64,000 nucleotides of DNA from Candidatus Micrarchaeota archaeon (lineage in GTDB: Archaea; Micrarchaeota; Micrarchaeia; Anstonellales; JAHKLY01): positions 38-64,037 of the forward strand of contig JAHKLY010000003.1 of assembly GCA_020854825.1 (NCBI GenBank). Reading direction: 5' to 3'. The notes beneath the pieces were generated by a model that was not told the origin of the DNA, did no database searches, and saw only the letters and a program-made list of their open reading frames with translations. Below, one piece after another: positions 9,825 to 19,569 of this stretch; position 1 is the stretch's first letter; each line of letters opens with the position of its first letter. The position numbers and the translations under genes were made by a program.

Positions 9825-11669
9825 CTATGCTTTATCTTTTAATTTTAATCTTGGGAATATACCCAATGCTTTTATTTCATCTAATAATAATTTGAATGCG
9901 TAACTTAATTCTACTTCAAACATTTGTGTTGAATCACATAATGGACATGTATCTTTATTTTTAATATGATCATGTACTGCAACACTTCCACATTTCGCGC
10001 AAATTAATAGAGTTGTTTTATCACTTTCTTCTAATAGTCTTTCTTTAATAAGCATACTTGCTCCATAACCAACTAAACAATCTCTTTCCATTTCTCCTAA
10101 TCTTAATCCTCCTTCTCTTGCTCTACCTTCTGTTGGCTGATGAGTTAATAATTGAACAGGTCCTCTTGATCTTGCATGTATTTTATTTGCAACTAAATGT
10201 TTTAATCTTTGATAATAAACAACTCCTATAAATATAGTGCTTTTAATTTTTCTCCCTGTAATTCCATCATATAAAATTTCTTCTCCATACTTATCAAATC
10301 CATACTCTTCTAACATTTTTTCAAATTCTTCTTGATTAAATTCATCAAAAGCAGTACTATCCATTATTTTTCCTTCAAAACATGCTGCTTTACCTACTAT
10401 TGTTTCAATTATATGTCCCATAGTTTTTCTTGAAGGTAATGCCAATGGGTTTAATAATAAATCTGGAACAATTCCATCTTTTGTAAATGGTAAATCTTCT
10501 TGTGGTACAATCATACCTATAACTCCTTTTTGACCATGCCTTGATGCAAACTTATCTCCCAATTGGGGCACCATGACACTTCTTACTCTAACTTTTGCCA
10601 TCCTATTTCCACCAAGAGAATCAGAGATCATTACTGAATCAACAACACCTTGTTCTCCTCCTCTCATAGCTAATGAATTTTCTCTCTTCTTCTCTTCTAC
10701 AATTCCAAAAACTGAAATTTCTTCTAAGAACCTTGGAGGTGAAGTTTTTCCAACCAATACATCTCCAGGATTAACAACAATCTCTGGAGAAATAATTCCA
10801 TCATCACTCAAATATGCATATGAACTTTCTTCTCTAAATCCTGCTGTTGTCGCCGAAGGAATTTCAAATTTATCTTTTTGTCCTCCAGGGTATCTTCTTT
10901 CTTCTGTTTCATATGTTTTACAATATAAAGACCTTCCTAATCCTCTATCTATTGCATTTTTATTAACAACAACTGAATCTTCAATATTATATCCATAATG
11001 ATTTGTAATTGCAACTACAAAATTTTGTCCTGCTGCTTTTTCTTTGAAATTTAAAATAGAATAAGGTCTTGATTGTGCTAAAGGTTGTTGTGGATAATAC
11101 ATAATATTTCCTATTGAATCCATTCTTTTATTAAAGTTCGAAGCATAAATTCCTAACGACTGTTTTGCCATTGAACATGCCATAGTAATTCTAACTGATA
11201 AATTATGTTCTGGATAAGGTAATACTCCTGCAACAATTCCCATTATTGAAACTGGATCAATTTCTAAGTGAGTGTGTTCTTTTATTATATCTTTTTCTTT
11301 AATAGCCACATAAATCATTTCTTCTTCTTCAGCATCTAAATATTCAATAACTCCTATATTAATTAAATCCCACCAAGTAGTTTCTCCTTTTTTAACTTTT
11401 TCTTGTAATTCTTTAGTATATAAGCTTTTTCCATCTTTAACAATAATATACGGTCTTCTTGCTCTCCCTCTATCTGTATTAATATAAAAAGCGTCTATTT
11501 TATCATTGTATGAAAAATTTATTTGTGAATTTATTTCTTTTCTTCTTCTTCTTTCAACTAAATTTTTATACATCTCTTTTGGAGAATCATGAAAACCTAT
11601 TAATCTACCATTTACATAAACTGCAGTTCTACCTTTTGATTGTTCTGTTTTTCTTTTCATTATAAACAC
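9825..11669 (-). CDS. rpoB1: DNA-directed RNA polymerase subunit B' (C-terminal half of split RpoB)
   Basis: 614 aa. GDKFASRHGQKGVIGMIV motif. C-terminal Zn ribbon CAKCGS...CPLC. Confidence 0.95.
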   Translation of the reverse strand: MFIMKRKTEQSKGRTAVYVNGRLIGFHDSPKEMYKNLVERRRRKEINSQINFSYNDKIDAFYINTDRGRARRPYIIVKDGKSLYTKELQEKVKKGETTWWDLINIGVIEYLDAEEEEMIYVAIKEKDIIKEHTHLEIDPVSIMGIVAGVLPYPEHNLSVRITMACSMAKQSLGIYASNFNKRMDSIGNIMYYPQQPLAQSRPYSILNFKEKAAGQNFVVAITNHYGYNIEDSVVVNKNAIDRGLGRSLYCKTYETEERRYPGGQKDKFEIPSATTAGFREESSYAYLSDDGIISPEIVVNPGDVLVGKTSPPRFLEEISVFGIVEEKKRENSLAMRGGEQGVVDSVMISDSLGGNRMAKVRVRSVMVPQLGDKFASRHGQKGVIGMIVPQEDLPFTKDGIVPDLLLNPLALPSRKTMGHIIETIVGKAACFEGKIMDSTAFDEFNQEEFEKMLEEYGFDKYGEEILYDGITGRKIKSTIFIGVVYYQRLKHLVANKIHARSRGPVQLLTHQPTEGRAREGGLRLGEMERDCLVGYGASMLIKERLLEESDKTTLLICAKCGSVAVHDHIKNKDTCPLCDSTQMFEVELSYAFKLLLDEIKALGIFPRLKLKDKA

Positions 11670-11670
11670 C

Positions 11671-13131
11671 TTAAAGTTTTACGCCCATATTAGATAATAT
11701 TTCTTCAATTGCATCTGAATTTTCTCCTGTAGATATATCACACATTAAAGCAATATTTTTAACTAATGCACAACTTGGACCTTCTGGGCTTTCGTTTGGA
11801 CATAATTTTCCCCATTGAGTTCCATGAAGATCTCTCGCCTTAAAATGCGGATGTTTTTTATTTAAAGGAGAAATTAATCTTCTTAAATGTGAAGCTGTTG
11901 CTAAATAACTCATTCTATCTAATAATTGTGAAACCCCTGTTTGACCTGCTATCCAATTTCCTGTTGCCATTGCATATTTTATCCTATCACTTAATGCATC
12001 TGGTCTTACAAGATTTTGAACTACTAATCTCCTCCCTCTTGCTTCTGCCCTACTTGCTTGATAAGCAATATCTTTTATTAAAAATTGGAATGCGTATCTA
12101 AATAATTCTTCCATCAAAGTTCCTGCTAATTTAATTCTTTTATTCGAATAATGATCTTTATCATCTGGTTTAATTTTTCCCTCTCCAATTTTTGTTGCTC
12201 TTTCTGACATCTCAATTAAATAATAAGCTTTTGTTAATCTATCTTCTGGTGTTGTACCTAAATGAGGTAATAAATAATTATCAATTAATACATCTACTCT
12301 TTTATTTCTATATTCTTCGGGTTGTCCGGGGGCTGCTCTTTTACCTATGTATTCTATTGCTTCTTCTATAGATTTTGTAGGATCAGCTTCAATATTAATT
12401 AAAGTATCGTTTTTAACTACTCTTTCATCTACTACTCCTTTTAATACATCTGAATTCTTGGATAAACCTAATGCCCTTAATATAGTTGTTAAATAAATGT
12501 TTTTAGGTGCTCCTGGGAAATCAATTTTCATTGTTCCATCTCTTCTCCTTTCAATTGCACATCTTGCTCTAAATCCTTCTCTTGTAGAAAATACTTTTGA
12601 GACAGTTAATTCCCCATTCTTTTCTCTTGAAACCATAATTCTATTTGGTGCTAAATCTTCAATAGATACTAATGCTCTTTCAGAACCATTAATTATAAAA
12701 TATCCTCCGGGATCTGTATTATCCTCTTCTGCTTCAATTAATTCTTCTTCTGTCATATTATCTAGATGACATAACTTAGATTTTAACATAACTGGTAATT
12801 CACCAATAAAAACTTCAGAATAAGTTCTTCTTTCAATTCCATTAAAAACAGGTATAATTTCTAAAAATAATGGGGCAGCATAAGTTAAATTTCTTAATCT
12901 TGCTTCCATAGGTAAAATATTTCTTCTTGAACCATCTGCTTCAACAATCATAGGTTTTTCTAATCTTAAATCTCCAAATTTTAATTCAAAACCTTCAATA
13001 TTTGTAGGTATCTGACCTAATCCATCTATAATATCTCTTAAACCTTCTTCTACAAATTTATTATAAGAATCTAAATGCTGTTTAACCAAACTATTTCCTT
13101 TGAAATAACTTTTTAGCAACCCATCATCCAT
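11671..13131 (-). CDS. rpoB2: DNA-directed RNA polymerase subunit B'' (N-terminal half of split RpoB)
   Basis: 486 aa. N-terminal QHLDSYNKFVEEGLRDII matches the RpoB/Rpb2 N-terminus. Directly upstream of B'. Confidence 0.93.
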   Translation of the reverse strand: MDDGLLKSYFKGNSLVKQHLDSYNKFVEEGLRDIIDGLGQIPTNIEGFELKFGDLRLEKPMIVEADGSRRNILPMEARLRNLTYAAPLFLEIIPVFNGIERRTYSEVFIGELPVMLKSKLCHLDNMTEEELIEAEEDNTDPGGYFIINGSERALVSIEDLAPNRIMVSREKNGELTVSKVFSTREGFRARCAIERRRDGTMKIDFPGAPKNIYLTTILRALGLSKNSDVLKGVVDERVVKNDTLINIEADPTKSIEEAIEYIGKRAAPGQPEEYRNKRVDVLIDNYLLPHLGTTPEDRLTKAYYLIEMSERATKIGEGKIKPDDKDHYSNKRIKLAGTLMEELFRYAFQFLIKDIAYQASRAEARGRRLVVQNLVRPDALSDRIKYAMATGNWIAGQTGVSQLLDRMSYLATASHLRRLISPLNKKHPHFKARDLHGTQWGKLCPNESPEGPSCALVKNIALMCDISTGENSDAIEEILSNMGVKL

Positions 13132-13207
13132 AATATATACCCCTTTTCACTATTTATATTATCAATATTATATATTAATACTTACAAAATATTAATATTT
13201 ACCATAT

Positions 13208-13468
13208 TTACTTAACTACTACCCTATAATAATCATACATGGCTGTTTCTTCCTTTCTTTTTATTAAAATTACATCTCCTTCTTCTGCTTTGATATCAAA
13301 AATAGTTAGTGCTGGATCTTTCTTTTTAATCTTTGGAAGATTATCTTTAGTTATATTATATTTATTGAGAAGTTCTTTAGCCTGGTCATCTGTTAAAAGA
13401 ATATGTTCAGGAATTAATTGATGGCCTATGCTCTCCTCTTCATTTTTAATATTTTTTGATTTAACCAA
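13208..13468 (-). CDS. rpoH: DNA-directed RNA polymerase subunit H (Rpb5-like)
   Basis: 86 aa. HQLIPEHILLTDDQAKELLNKYNI...DPALTIFDIKAEEGDVILIKRK...YYRVVV matches RpoH. First gene of the rpo cluster. Confidence 0.85.
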   Translation of the reverse strand: MVKSKNIKNEEESIGHQLIPEHILLTDDQAKELLNKYNITKDNLPKIKKKDPALTIFDIKAEEGDVILIKRKEETAMYDYYRVVVK

Positions 13469-13595
13469 AATAATACCCCACGCGTGAAATTTGTATCATT
13501 TATGTAGGTTAGAAACCTTTTTAAATGGTTATGTTTATTTTTGTGCAATAATTTTACTTAAAATAGTTAATTCTGCCTATTTATTAATATTTTAA

Positions 13596-14918
13596 CTACC
13601 TTCTAATTTTTCTGCATTCTAAATAAAACCTCTTTTCCTCTGCCTCCCCCATTGAAAATGTTTTTCTTGGTAATGCACCTTCTAAAATTACGGTTTTAAA
13701 TAATTCTGTCTTTTTTATTACAGGTAGAAAAAAACCGCAATTATCTATTTTTGCACCTAATTCACAAGTTGGTTCTTGTCCATGAACATAATCAATTTTT
13801 TCAGCATTTTCTTTTATAAATTCATCTAAGAACTTCTGTAATGTTCCTACTACTAAATTATGTTTTGGATTTTTTATTGTAATTATTCCAAATATATTTT
13901 CTTGTATAAAACCTATTTTTTGTTCATCTCCAATTTGTGTTTTAACTTTATTAATCATTTCTTCTTTTGAACAGTTTATATATTCAAAATTATCATTAAA
14001 TTTATTTTTCATCTCTTCTAAAATTGGTTTTTTAATATTAAAGATAACTCTGTGAATTGGTTCAAATTCTAATGCTCCCTCATGAATATTTACTAATTCA
14101 ACTAATGCGTATCTTGCTAAATCATCTTGAGATGCACCTTGTTTTTTTCTTTCTTCCCAAATAGCTTTTGCAGTTGCTAATGAATGATTTCCATCACCCA
14201 TTGCAAACAACAAAACTTCTTCATTTTCTAAATTATATTTCTTATTAAAATTTTCTTTATCTGCTAAATTAAATAAAGAATCTATTATTTTTTCTTGTAT
14301 TTCATTATTAATTCTATAACCTTCTAAATGCCCCCCATTCATCATTAAATCAAAATCATAAACTTTTTCAGTTTTTAAACTTGTTAAAGGTTCAATAACT
14401 GTATTATCTGGATCATCAATTAACACCATAATATGAGGTAATTCTAATAATGCATCTTTTCTTACTTCAATTCTGGGTGGAAGTCTTTCTAACACTGTTC
14501 CTTCAGTTGCTCTTACTAAACTTTTACTTCCTTTATTATAATCATATTTTTCTAAATCAATACAAACCATTAATCCTTTTCTAATTTTTTTATTTCCTTG
14601 TTCATCATTAACTGTTCTTTCTAAATAAATAAATCCTTGTTTTTCTTGTAAAATATTTTCTAAATAATTTGTCATTGTTTGGTTTATTTTATTTATTCTT
14701 TCTTTCTTTTTTTCTTCTGGTTCTTCTAAATAAACTTCAGGATAAATAATATTCAAAGTTGAAGGATCATTTCTTACAAATTTTTTAACTTGTTCCCAAT
14801 ATTCAGGTTCAGATGTATATTGATCACATGCAACTACTGACCATTTTGTTAAATCAATATTTTTTGGTAATAAAATATTTGGTATTTGAATTCCTATTTT
14901 TTTTAATTTATCATCCAC
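13596..14918 (-). CDS. Conserved hypothetical protein, DUF1015-like (GDGNH motif)
   Basis: 440 aa. WSVVACDQYTSEPEYW and LFAMGDGNHSLATAKAIW resemble the DUF1015 family from memory. Assignment is tentative. Confidence 0.45.
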   Translation of the reverse strand: MDDKLKKIGIQIPNILLPKNIDLTKWSVVACDQYTSEPEYWEQVKKFVRNDPSTLNIIYPEVYLEEPEEKKKERINKINQTMTNYLENILQEKQGFIYLERTVNDEQGNKKIRKGLMVCIDLEKYDYNKGSKSLVRATEGTVLERLPPRIEVRKDALLELPHIMVLIDDPDNTVIEPLTSLKTEKVYDFDLMMNGGHLEGYRINNEIQEKIIDSLFNLADKENFNKKYNLENEEVLLFAMGDGNHSLATAKAIWEERKKQGASQDDLARYALVELVNIHEGALEFEPIHRVIFNIKKPILEEMKNKFNDNFEYINCSKEEMINKVKTQIGDEQKIGFIQENIFGIITIKNPKHNLVVGTLQKFLDEFIKENAEKIDYVHGQEPTCELGAKIDNCGFFLPVIKKTELFKTVILEGALPRKTFSMGEAEEKRFYLECRKIRR

Positions 14919-15007
14919 ATAATCACCTTTGAAAATATTTGTTTATAAAAAAAGTAAAATATAATTTTATACAAATATATTTAAGTATATCCCTTAAAAT
15001 AAACTTT

Positions 15008-16159
15008 ATGGATATTGAAAATAAAATTGAATTAGTTAGAAGAGAACCTATGCAAGAAATAGTTACTACTGAAGATTTAAAAGAAGTTTTTGAAAATTAT
15101 ACACATCCTAAACATTATATTGGATTTGAAATATCTGGAAAAGTACACTTAGGATCTGGACTTTTAACAGCTTTAAAAATTCAAGATTTTTTAAAGGCCG
15201 GAATTAAACCTATAATTTTTTTAGCTGATTATCACACTTGGTTAAATAGAAAAATGGGCGATGATTTAGAATTAATTAGAGATGTAGCAGGTAATTATTT
15301 TAAACATGCATTTATCTCATTAGGTTTAACTGAAGATAAAGTTGAGTATGTAATGGGGAGTGATATATATAATAAAGATTATTGGGAAAAAGTAATTCAA
15401 ATTTCCAAAAATACCTCAATAAAAAGAATGCTTAGATGTACTACTGTAATGGGAAGAAAAGAAGGAAAAGGAAATGACTGTTCCTTTATTATGTATCCTG
15501 CAATGCAGGCGGCAGATGTATTTAAATTAGATGTTCAACTTGCACATGCAGGAATGGATCAACGAAATGTTCATATGTTAGCACGCGAAGTTGCTCCAAA
15601 AATAAATGAGAAAAAACCTATTGCTTTGCATCACAAAATTTTATATGGTTTGCAAGGACCTGGTTCAAGAATGGAACAATATGTTACTGCAACTGATAAA
15701 GCAAAAATATTAGAAGGACAAATGGATATGATTCACAACAAAAATGTTGTGAATATTTCAAATTCAATTGAATTTGAAATGAAGATGTCTAAAAGCAAAC
15801 CAGATACTTGTATTTTTGTTCATGATTCCCCGGAAGAAATTAAAAGAAAAATCAAAAAAGCTTATGCACCTGAAAAAATAACTGAAAATAATCCTATTTT
15901 TCAATATGCAGAATTAGCTATATTACGCGAAGGAAAATTCTTAATTGAAAGGCCTGAAAAATTTGGCGGAAATTTAGAAATAGGAAGCACGCAAGAATTA
16001 AAAAAACTGTATGAAAGCGCAGAATTATTTCCATTAGATTTGAAAAATGCAGTGGCAGAATGGTTAATAAAAGTTTTAGAACCTAGTAGAAAATATTTTG
16101 AAAAAAAAGAAAATCAAAAATACATAGCGCAAATACAAAAAATAATAGAAACACGATAA
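15008..16159 (+). CDS. tyrS: Tyrosyl-tRNA synthetase, archaeal type
   Basis: Strong similarity by memory to M. jannaschii TyrRS: YIGFEISGKVHLGSG (HIGH region, variant HLGS), KMSKS, RPEKFGGNLEI, LKNAVAEWLIKVLEP. Start taken at ATG 15008 (MDIENK...) rather than the ORF-track upstream extension at 14939. About 40-aa insertion before KMSKS. Confidence 0.88.
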   Translation: MDIENKIELVRREPMQEIVTTEDLKEVFENYTHPKHYIGFEISGKVHLGSGLLTALKIQDFLKAGIKPIIFLADYHTWLNRKMGDDLELIRDVAGNYFKHAFISLGLTEDKVEYVMGSDIYNKDYWEKVIQISKNTSIKRMLRCTTVMGRKEGKGNDCSFIMYPAMQAADVFKLDVQLAHAGMDQRNVHMLAREVAPKINEKKPIALHHKILYGLQGPGSRMEQYVTATDKAKILEGQMDMIHNKNVVNISNSIEFEMKMSKSKPDTCIFVHDSPEEIKRKIKKAYAPEKITENNPIFQYAELAILREGKFLIERPEKFGGNLEIGSTQELKKLYESAELFPLDLKNAVAEWLIKVLEPSRKYFEKKENQKYIAQIQKIIETR

Positions 16160-16187
16160 TAAGTTTTCCGCATACCAGAGTAAGTGA

Positions 16188-17117
16188 TTATTTACATGCT
16201 TCTTTAAATTCACTTAATAAGAATTCAATAAATGGTTTTTCATTATTATTTTCAACACAATTGATTAATGAATCAAAATATTTTTCTTTATTTTTTGAAA
16301 TATTTAATATCTCTTTATTATTATCAATTAGAGCTTTATTTAATAACAGACGTGAAATTCTTTTATTTCCATCTATAAATGGATGAATTTTATAAAATCT
16401 AAGATGAAGTATAGCTGCGAGTTCTATTGAATTTAATTTATCTACATTTGAGTTATACCATAATATTAATTCATCTAATAACTTTGTTATTTTTTTAGGT
16501 TCTGGAGGTCTATATCTTATTTCTTCAAATCTTTCTGAATCTCTTAAATAAATATAAACTTGTTTTTTTCTTAGGATTCCTGGAGATTTATCTTTATATC
16601 CCCCCATAATTATAGAATGTAAATCTAAAATAAACTTTTTAGATATTCTTTTTTTACTTTCTTTGATTTTTCTTAAACCTTTTATCATATCTAAAGAAAC
16701 TTTTAAGTTTTCATCTCTAATGTTTTTTACTTTTTTTTCAGATATTTTATATGCTAATTTTGCGTCTTGTCTTGTTATTGGAACTCCTTCTGTGCTTAAA
16801 GTAGTATAAACAAAATTTATTGTGTCTATTTCTTCTTTTTCGTTTTTTTGTGTTTTTGTTAATTTAGAAGTTCTTTTTAAATATCGTTTAAATAAAATTT
16901 CGGCTTCAATAAGTTCTTGTTTAGTTAAATATAAATTTTCTGTTTTTCCAATTAAATCTAAATATATTTTATTTATTAGTTTTTTTTCATATTCTGTTCT
17001 TTTTTTTGGAATCTTAGTTCCTAAATAAATAGAATATGTTTTTGGTTTTTCTATTCTAATAGTTTTTTCCAAATAATAATACATTTTACCTTTTATTATC
17101 TTTTTTGTGATTCTCAT
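16188..17117 (-). CDS. Fic/DOC family protein (variant Fic motif HPFIDGNKRISR)
   Basis: 309 aa. HPFIDGNKRISRLLLN fits HxFx(D/E)GN(G/K)RxxR. Confidence 0.75.
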   Translation of the reverse strand: MRITKKIIKGKMYYYLEKTIRIEKPKTYSIYLGTKIPKKRTEYEKKLINKIYLDLIGKTENLYLTKQELIEAEILFKRYLKRTSKLTKTQKNEKEEIDTINFVYTTLSTEGVPITRQDAKLAYKISEKKVKNIRDENLKVSLDMIKGLRKIKESKKRISKKFILDLHSIIMGGYKDKSPGILRKKQVYIYLRDSERFEEIRYRPPEPKKITKLLDELILWYNSNVDKLNSIELAAILHLRFYKIHPFIDGNKRISRLLLNKALIDNNKEILNISKNKEKYFDSLINCVENNNEKPFIEFLLSEFKEACK

Positions 17118-17145
17118 ATATAGTATATATGTGCATGTCTTTTTA

Positions 17146-17254
17146 AAGTTATCTTACATTTTTAAAGAAAATGTGTGCCTAACTTTTACGAATAGAAAAG
17201 TTATCTTACATTTTTTATATTTTTGTAAGATAACTGGTTTAAAATATAAGATTT
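17146..17254. promoter_or_regulatory. Repeat/palindrome cluster upstream of the Fic gene: two direct copies of AAAGTTATCTTACATTTTT plus an inverted copy GTAAGATAACT flanking a T/A-rich TATA-like segment; candidate operator/promoter
   Basis: Direct reading of the sequence at 17155-17173, 17207-17226 and 17244-17254. Confidence 0.35.
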
Positions 17255-17299
17255 TTACATTAATTTAAATAATATTAGTGCTCCAGGCTCTAATTAATT

Positions 17300-19471
17300 T
17301 TATTTTGAATTTTCGTCTATTTTTCTTTTATATGGTGTTTTTAAAATTGAATATGGAATTAAAAGTCTGTCATTTGGCTCATTCATATTATGAATATTAG
17401 ATGTTAATTGAATCAATCTTAAATTCTCTTCTGATGCACCACCAATACAAAATTCTTCAAGTGCTTTTTCTGTTTTTTCAAGGGTATTATTATGAATAAC
17501 TATCTCTCCTAGTTCTGGCCCTTCTAATCTAATATAATCTATTGGAATCCAAAAAACCATCGCAGTTCGCATTGGATCTTTAGAATTAGAATCACCTGTA
17601 CTTCTCAACATTCTTTCAGGATTATCTCGATCTAAATTATTAAAAATATGTATTTGAGTTATCAAATCAACATCTGAATCTTTTAGTACATGAGATAAAG
17701 AATAATGCGGTGACGCCCATTGCGGATATGAAAAAGTATAATATTCTACAAATTCATTTTTTGAGTATTTATAAATATCATTTTTTGTCCTTGTTGATTG
17801 TACTATTAAATTCTTTTTTCTCCCAAAAGTACAGTTAAATTCAACTCCTTCTTGTTCTTCACCTGTTATTTCAACAGGAGGTTTATCAAGTTCTAAAGGT
17901 ACTGTATTATCTAAGTCTCTTTTTAAAAATTTATTTATTAAATTATTTATTTTATTTTCAAATTGTCTTTTTGCAGTTTTTATTGTACTTGAATCTGCTT
18001 CTGTTGATGGTATTAATTCTTCTTCAATATACCAACGAGAAACGATTTCTCCTACATTCATTGATGTTTTTGCATGGTATGATGCAGATGACCTTAAAAT
18101 TTTTATAAATCTAGTTGTTATTTCATCTAAAGTCATAGATTCTAAAACTTCTTCAAAATTTGGATTGTTATTTGCATGTGGAAGTAACGTATGTATTGTT
18201 TTAAGAAAAAAATCTAATGCTACTGGTTCACCCATATGGTGAAAACCCGCAGTAACTGCGGATACAAATCTAAACCTTTCTGATTCTGATGCTTTTGCAA
18301 ATGAATTTGCGATAATAAAGGTTCTTTCAGATTGGTTTTTATTTGGATTCATATACTCAGTCATTAATTTTTTAATATTATATAATGCCAAATAATATGT
18401 AAATAATATCTGATCTTTTGATGCAGTACATTCTTCAAAAACAAATGGCAGTTGTAGATATTGTTTCTGTTCAGTTGTTAAAGACACAAATTCCTTTCTA
18501 TTAAAAAAATCAAAAAACTTTGATATAGAAGTATGATTAAGTTTTGTTAGATCTGTTGGTTTTCCATTATGATATGTCAATAAATCATAAGTACGTAAAA
18601 TTGCTTGCGAATGCCCATAACTCACTTCAAAATCATTTATTGCAAAACAGGTAAATGGATTATATCCTGCATTTAACATTAATTCAAATAGTTTTGCCCT
18701 TACTAAATCAGTAGGAATTCTATTTATTACTTTCAAATTACTGCCTTCCATACTTATTTTATTGGGGTCTCTTAAAAGAGAAATTGATTTGCTTCCTCCT
18801 GGCGAAACTTCTTGACAACTTATACCTACAATTGTTGCTGCATTAATATATTGTAAGGGAGATGGAAATACAGCCTGCTTATCTCCAAAATTAAACGTCA
18901 CATCTGAAAAATCAACAATACCTAATTTTTGAATATAATTCAGAGTATCATATATCTCATGAAAATATGAAGCCAAAGTATATTCATTATATACGGTTTT
19001 ATCCATATTTTGTTTTATTGCTATTATTCTTGACTTGTCTTTTTTATATGACCTTGCATTTAATTTAAAATTATATAAATAATCTGGGATTAAATATTTA
19101 ATATACTCATCATTAGTAGAAATACCATACACTTCTCTATAAACTGCACATTTTTCTACTTTTTCCTTTTCTTCTGGTGTAAGCCCCAAATTGTCTAAAT
19201 TTTTACCTAAATATTTTTCATATGGAACAAGCTCTAATATTTCGTTAAGATTAATATTTTGTAATAAATTAATAATTTCTAATTCTGATAAATTTGGATT
19301 ATATACAATGGGTTCTGTTTTATAGTATAGTATTAATTTGCTAATCTCCAAATCTGTTCCATCCTTAGTTATTATACCTAACTTAGATAATTCAGTGAAT
19401 AAAGGTCCCGCTGTAGATTTTATTGAATCTAAAAGATACTGTTTAGCCTGAACAATTAATGCAGAAGTCAT
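17300..19471 (-). CDS. Hypothetical protein (723 aa), no recognisable domain
   Basis: Long uninterrupted ORF. Compositional match to neighbours. Confidence 0.65.
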   Translation of the reverse strand: MTSALIVQAKQYLLDSIKSTAGPLFTELSKLGIITKDGTDLEISKLILYYKTEPIVYNPNLSELEIINLLQNINLNEILELVPYEKYLGKNLDNLGLTPEEKEKVEKCAVYREVYGISTNDEYIKYLIPDYLYNFKLNARSYKKDKSRIIAIKQNMDKTVYNEYTLASYFHEIYDTLNYIQKLGIVDFSDVTFNFGDKQAVFPSPLQYINAATIVGISCQEVSPGGSKSISLLRDPNKISMEGSNLKVINRIPTDLVRAKLFELMLNAGYNPFTCFAINDFEVSYGHSQAILRTYDLLTYHNGKPTDLTKLNHTSISKFFDFFNRKEFVSLTTEQKQYLQLPFVFEECTASKDQILFTYYLALYNIKKLMTEYMNPNKNQSERTFIIANSFAKASESERFRFVSAVTAGFHHMGEPVALDFFLKTIHTLLPHANNNPNFEEVLESMTLDEITTRFIKILRSSASYHAKTSMNVGEIVSRWYIEEELIPSTEADSSTIKTAKRQFENKINNLINKFLKRDLDNTVPLELDKPPVEITGEEQEGVEFNCTFGRKKNLIVQSTRTKNDIYKYSKNEFVEYYTFSYPQWASPHYSLSHVLKDSDVDLITQIHIFNNLDRDNPERMLRSTGDSNSKDPMRTAMVFWIPIDYIRLEGPELGEIVIHNNTLEKTEKALEEFCIGGASEENLRLIQLTSNIHNMNEPNDRLLIPYSILKTPYKRKIDENSK

Positions 19472-19569
19472 AATATATTCAAGAAATAAGTATTTTTAAT
19501 AATATCTACATACTTACAACACCATATATATTTTTAATATGTTTTAGAGCAATATTGTAACTGGTACAT

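Noticed and set aside
14939-15007. Upstream extension of tyrS (MFIKKVKYNFIQIYLSISLKINF)
   Set aside because: The hydrophobic non-conserved peptide lies within the divergent promoter region. Homology to TyrRS begins at the Met at 15008.
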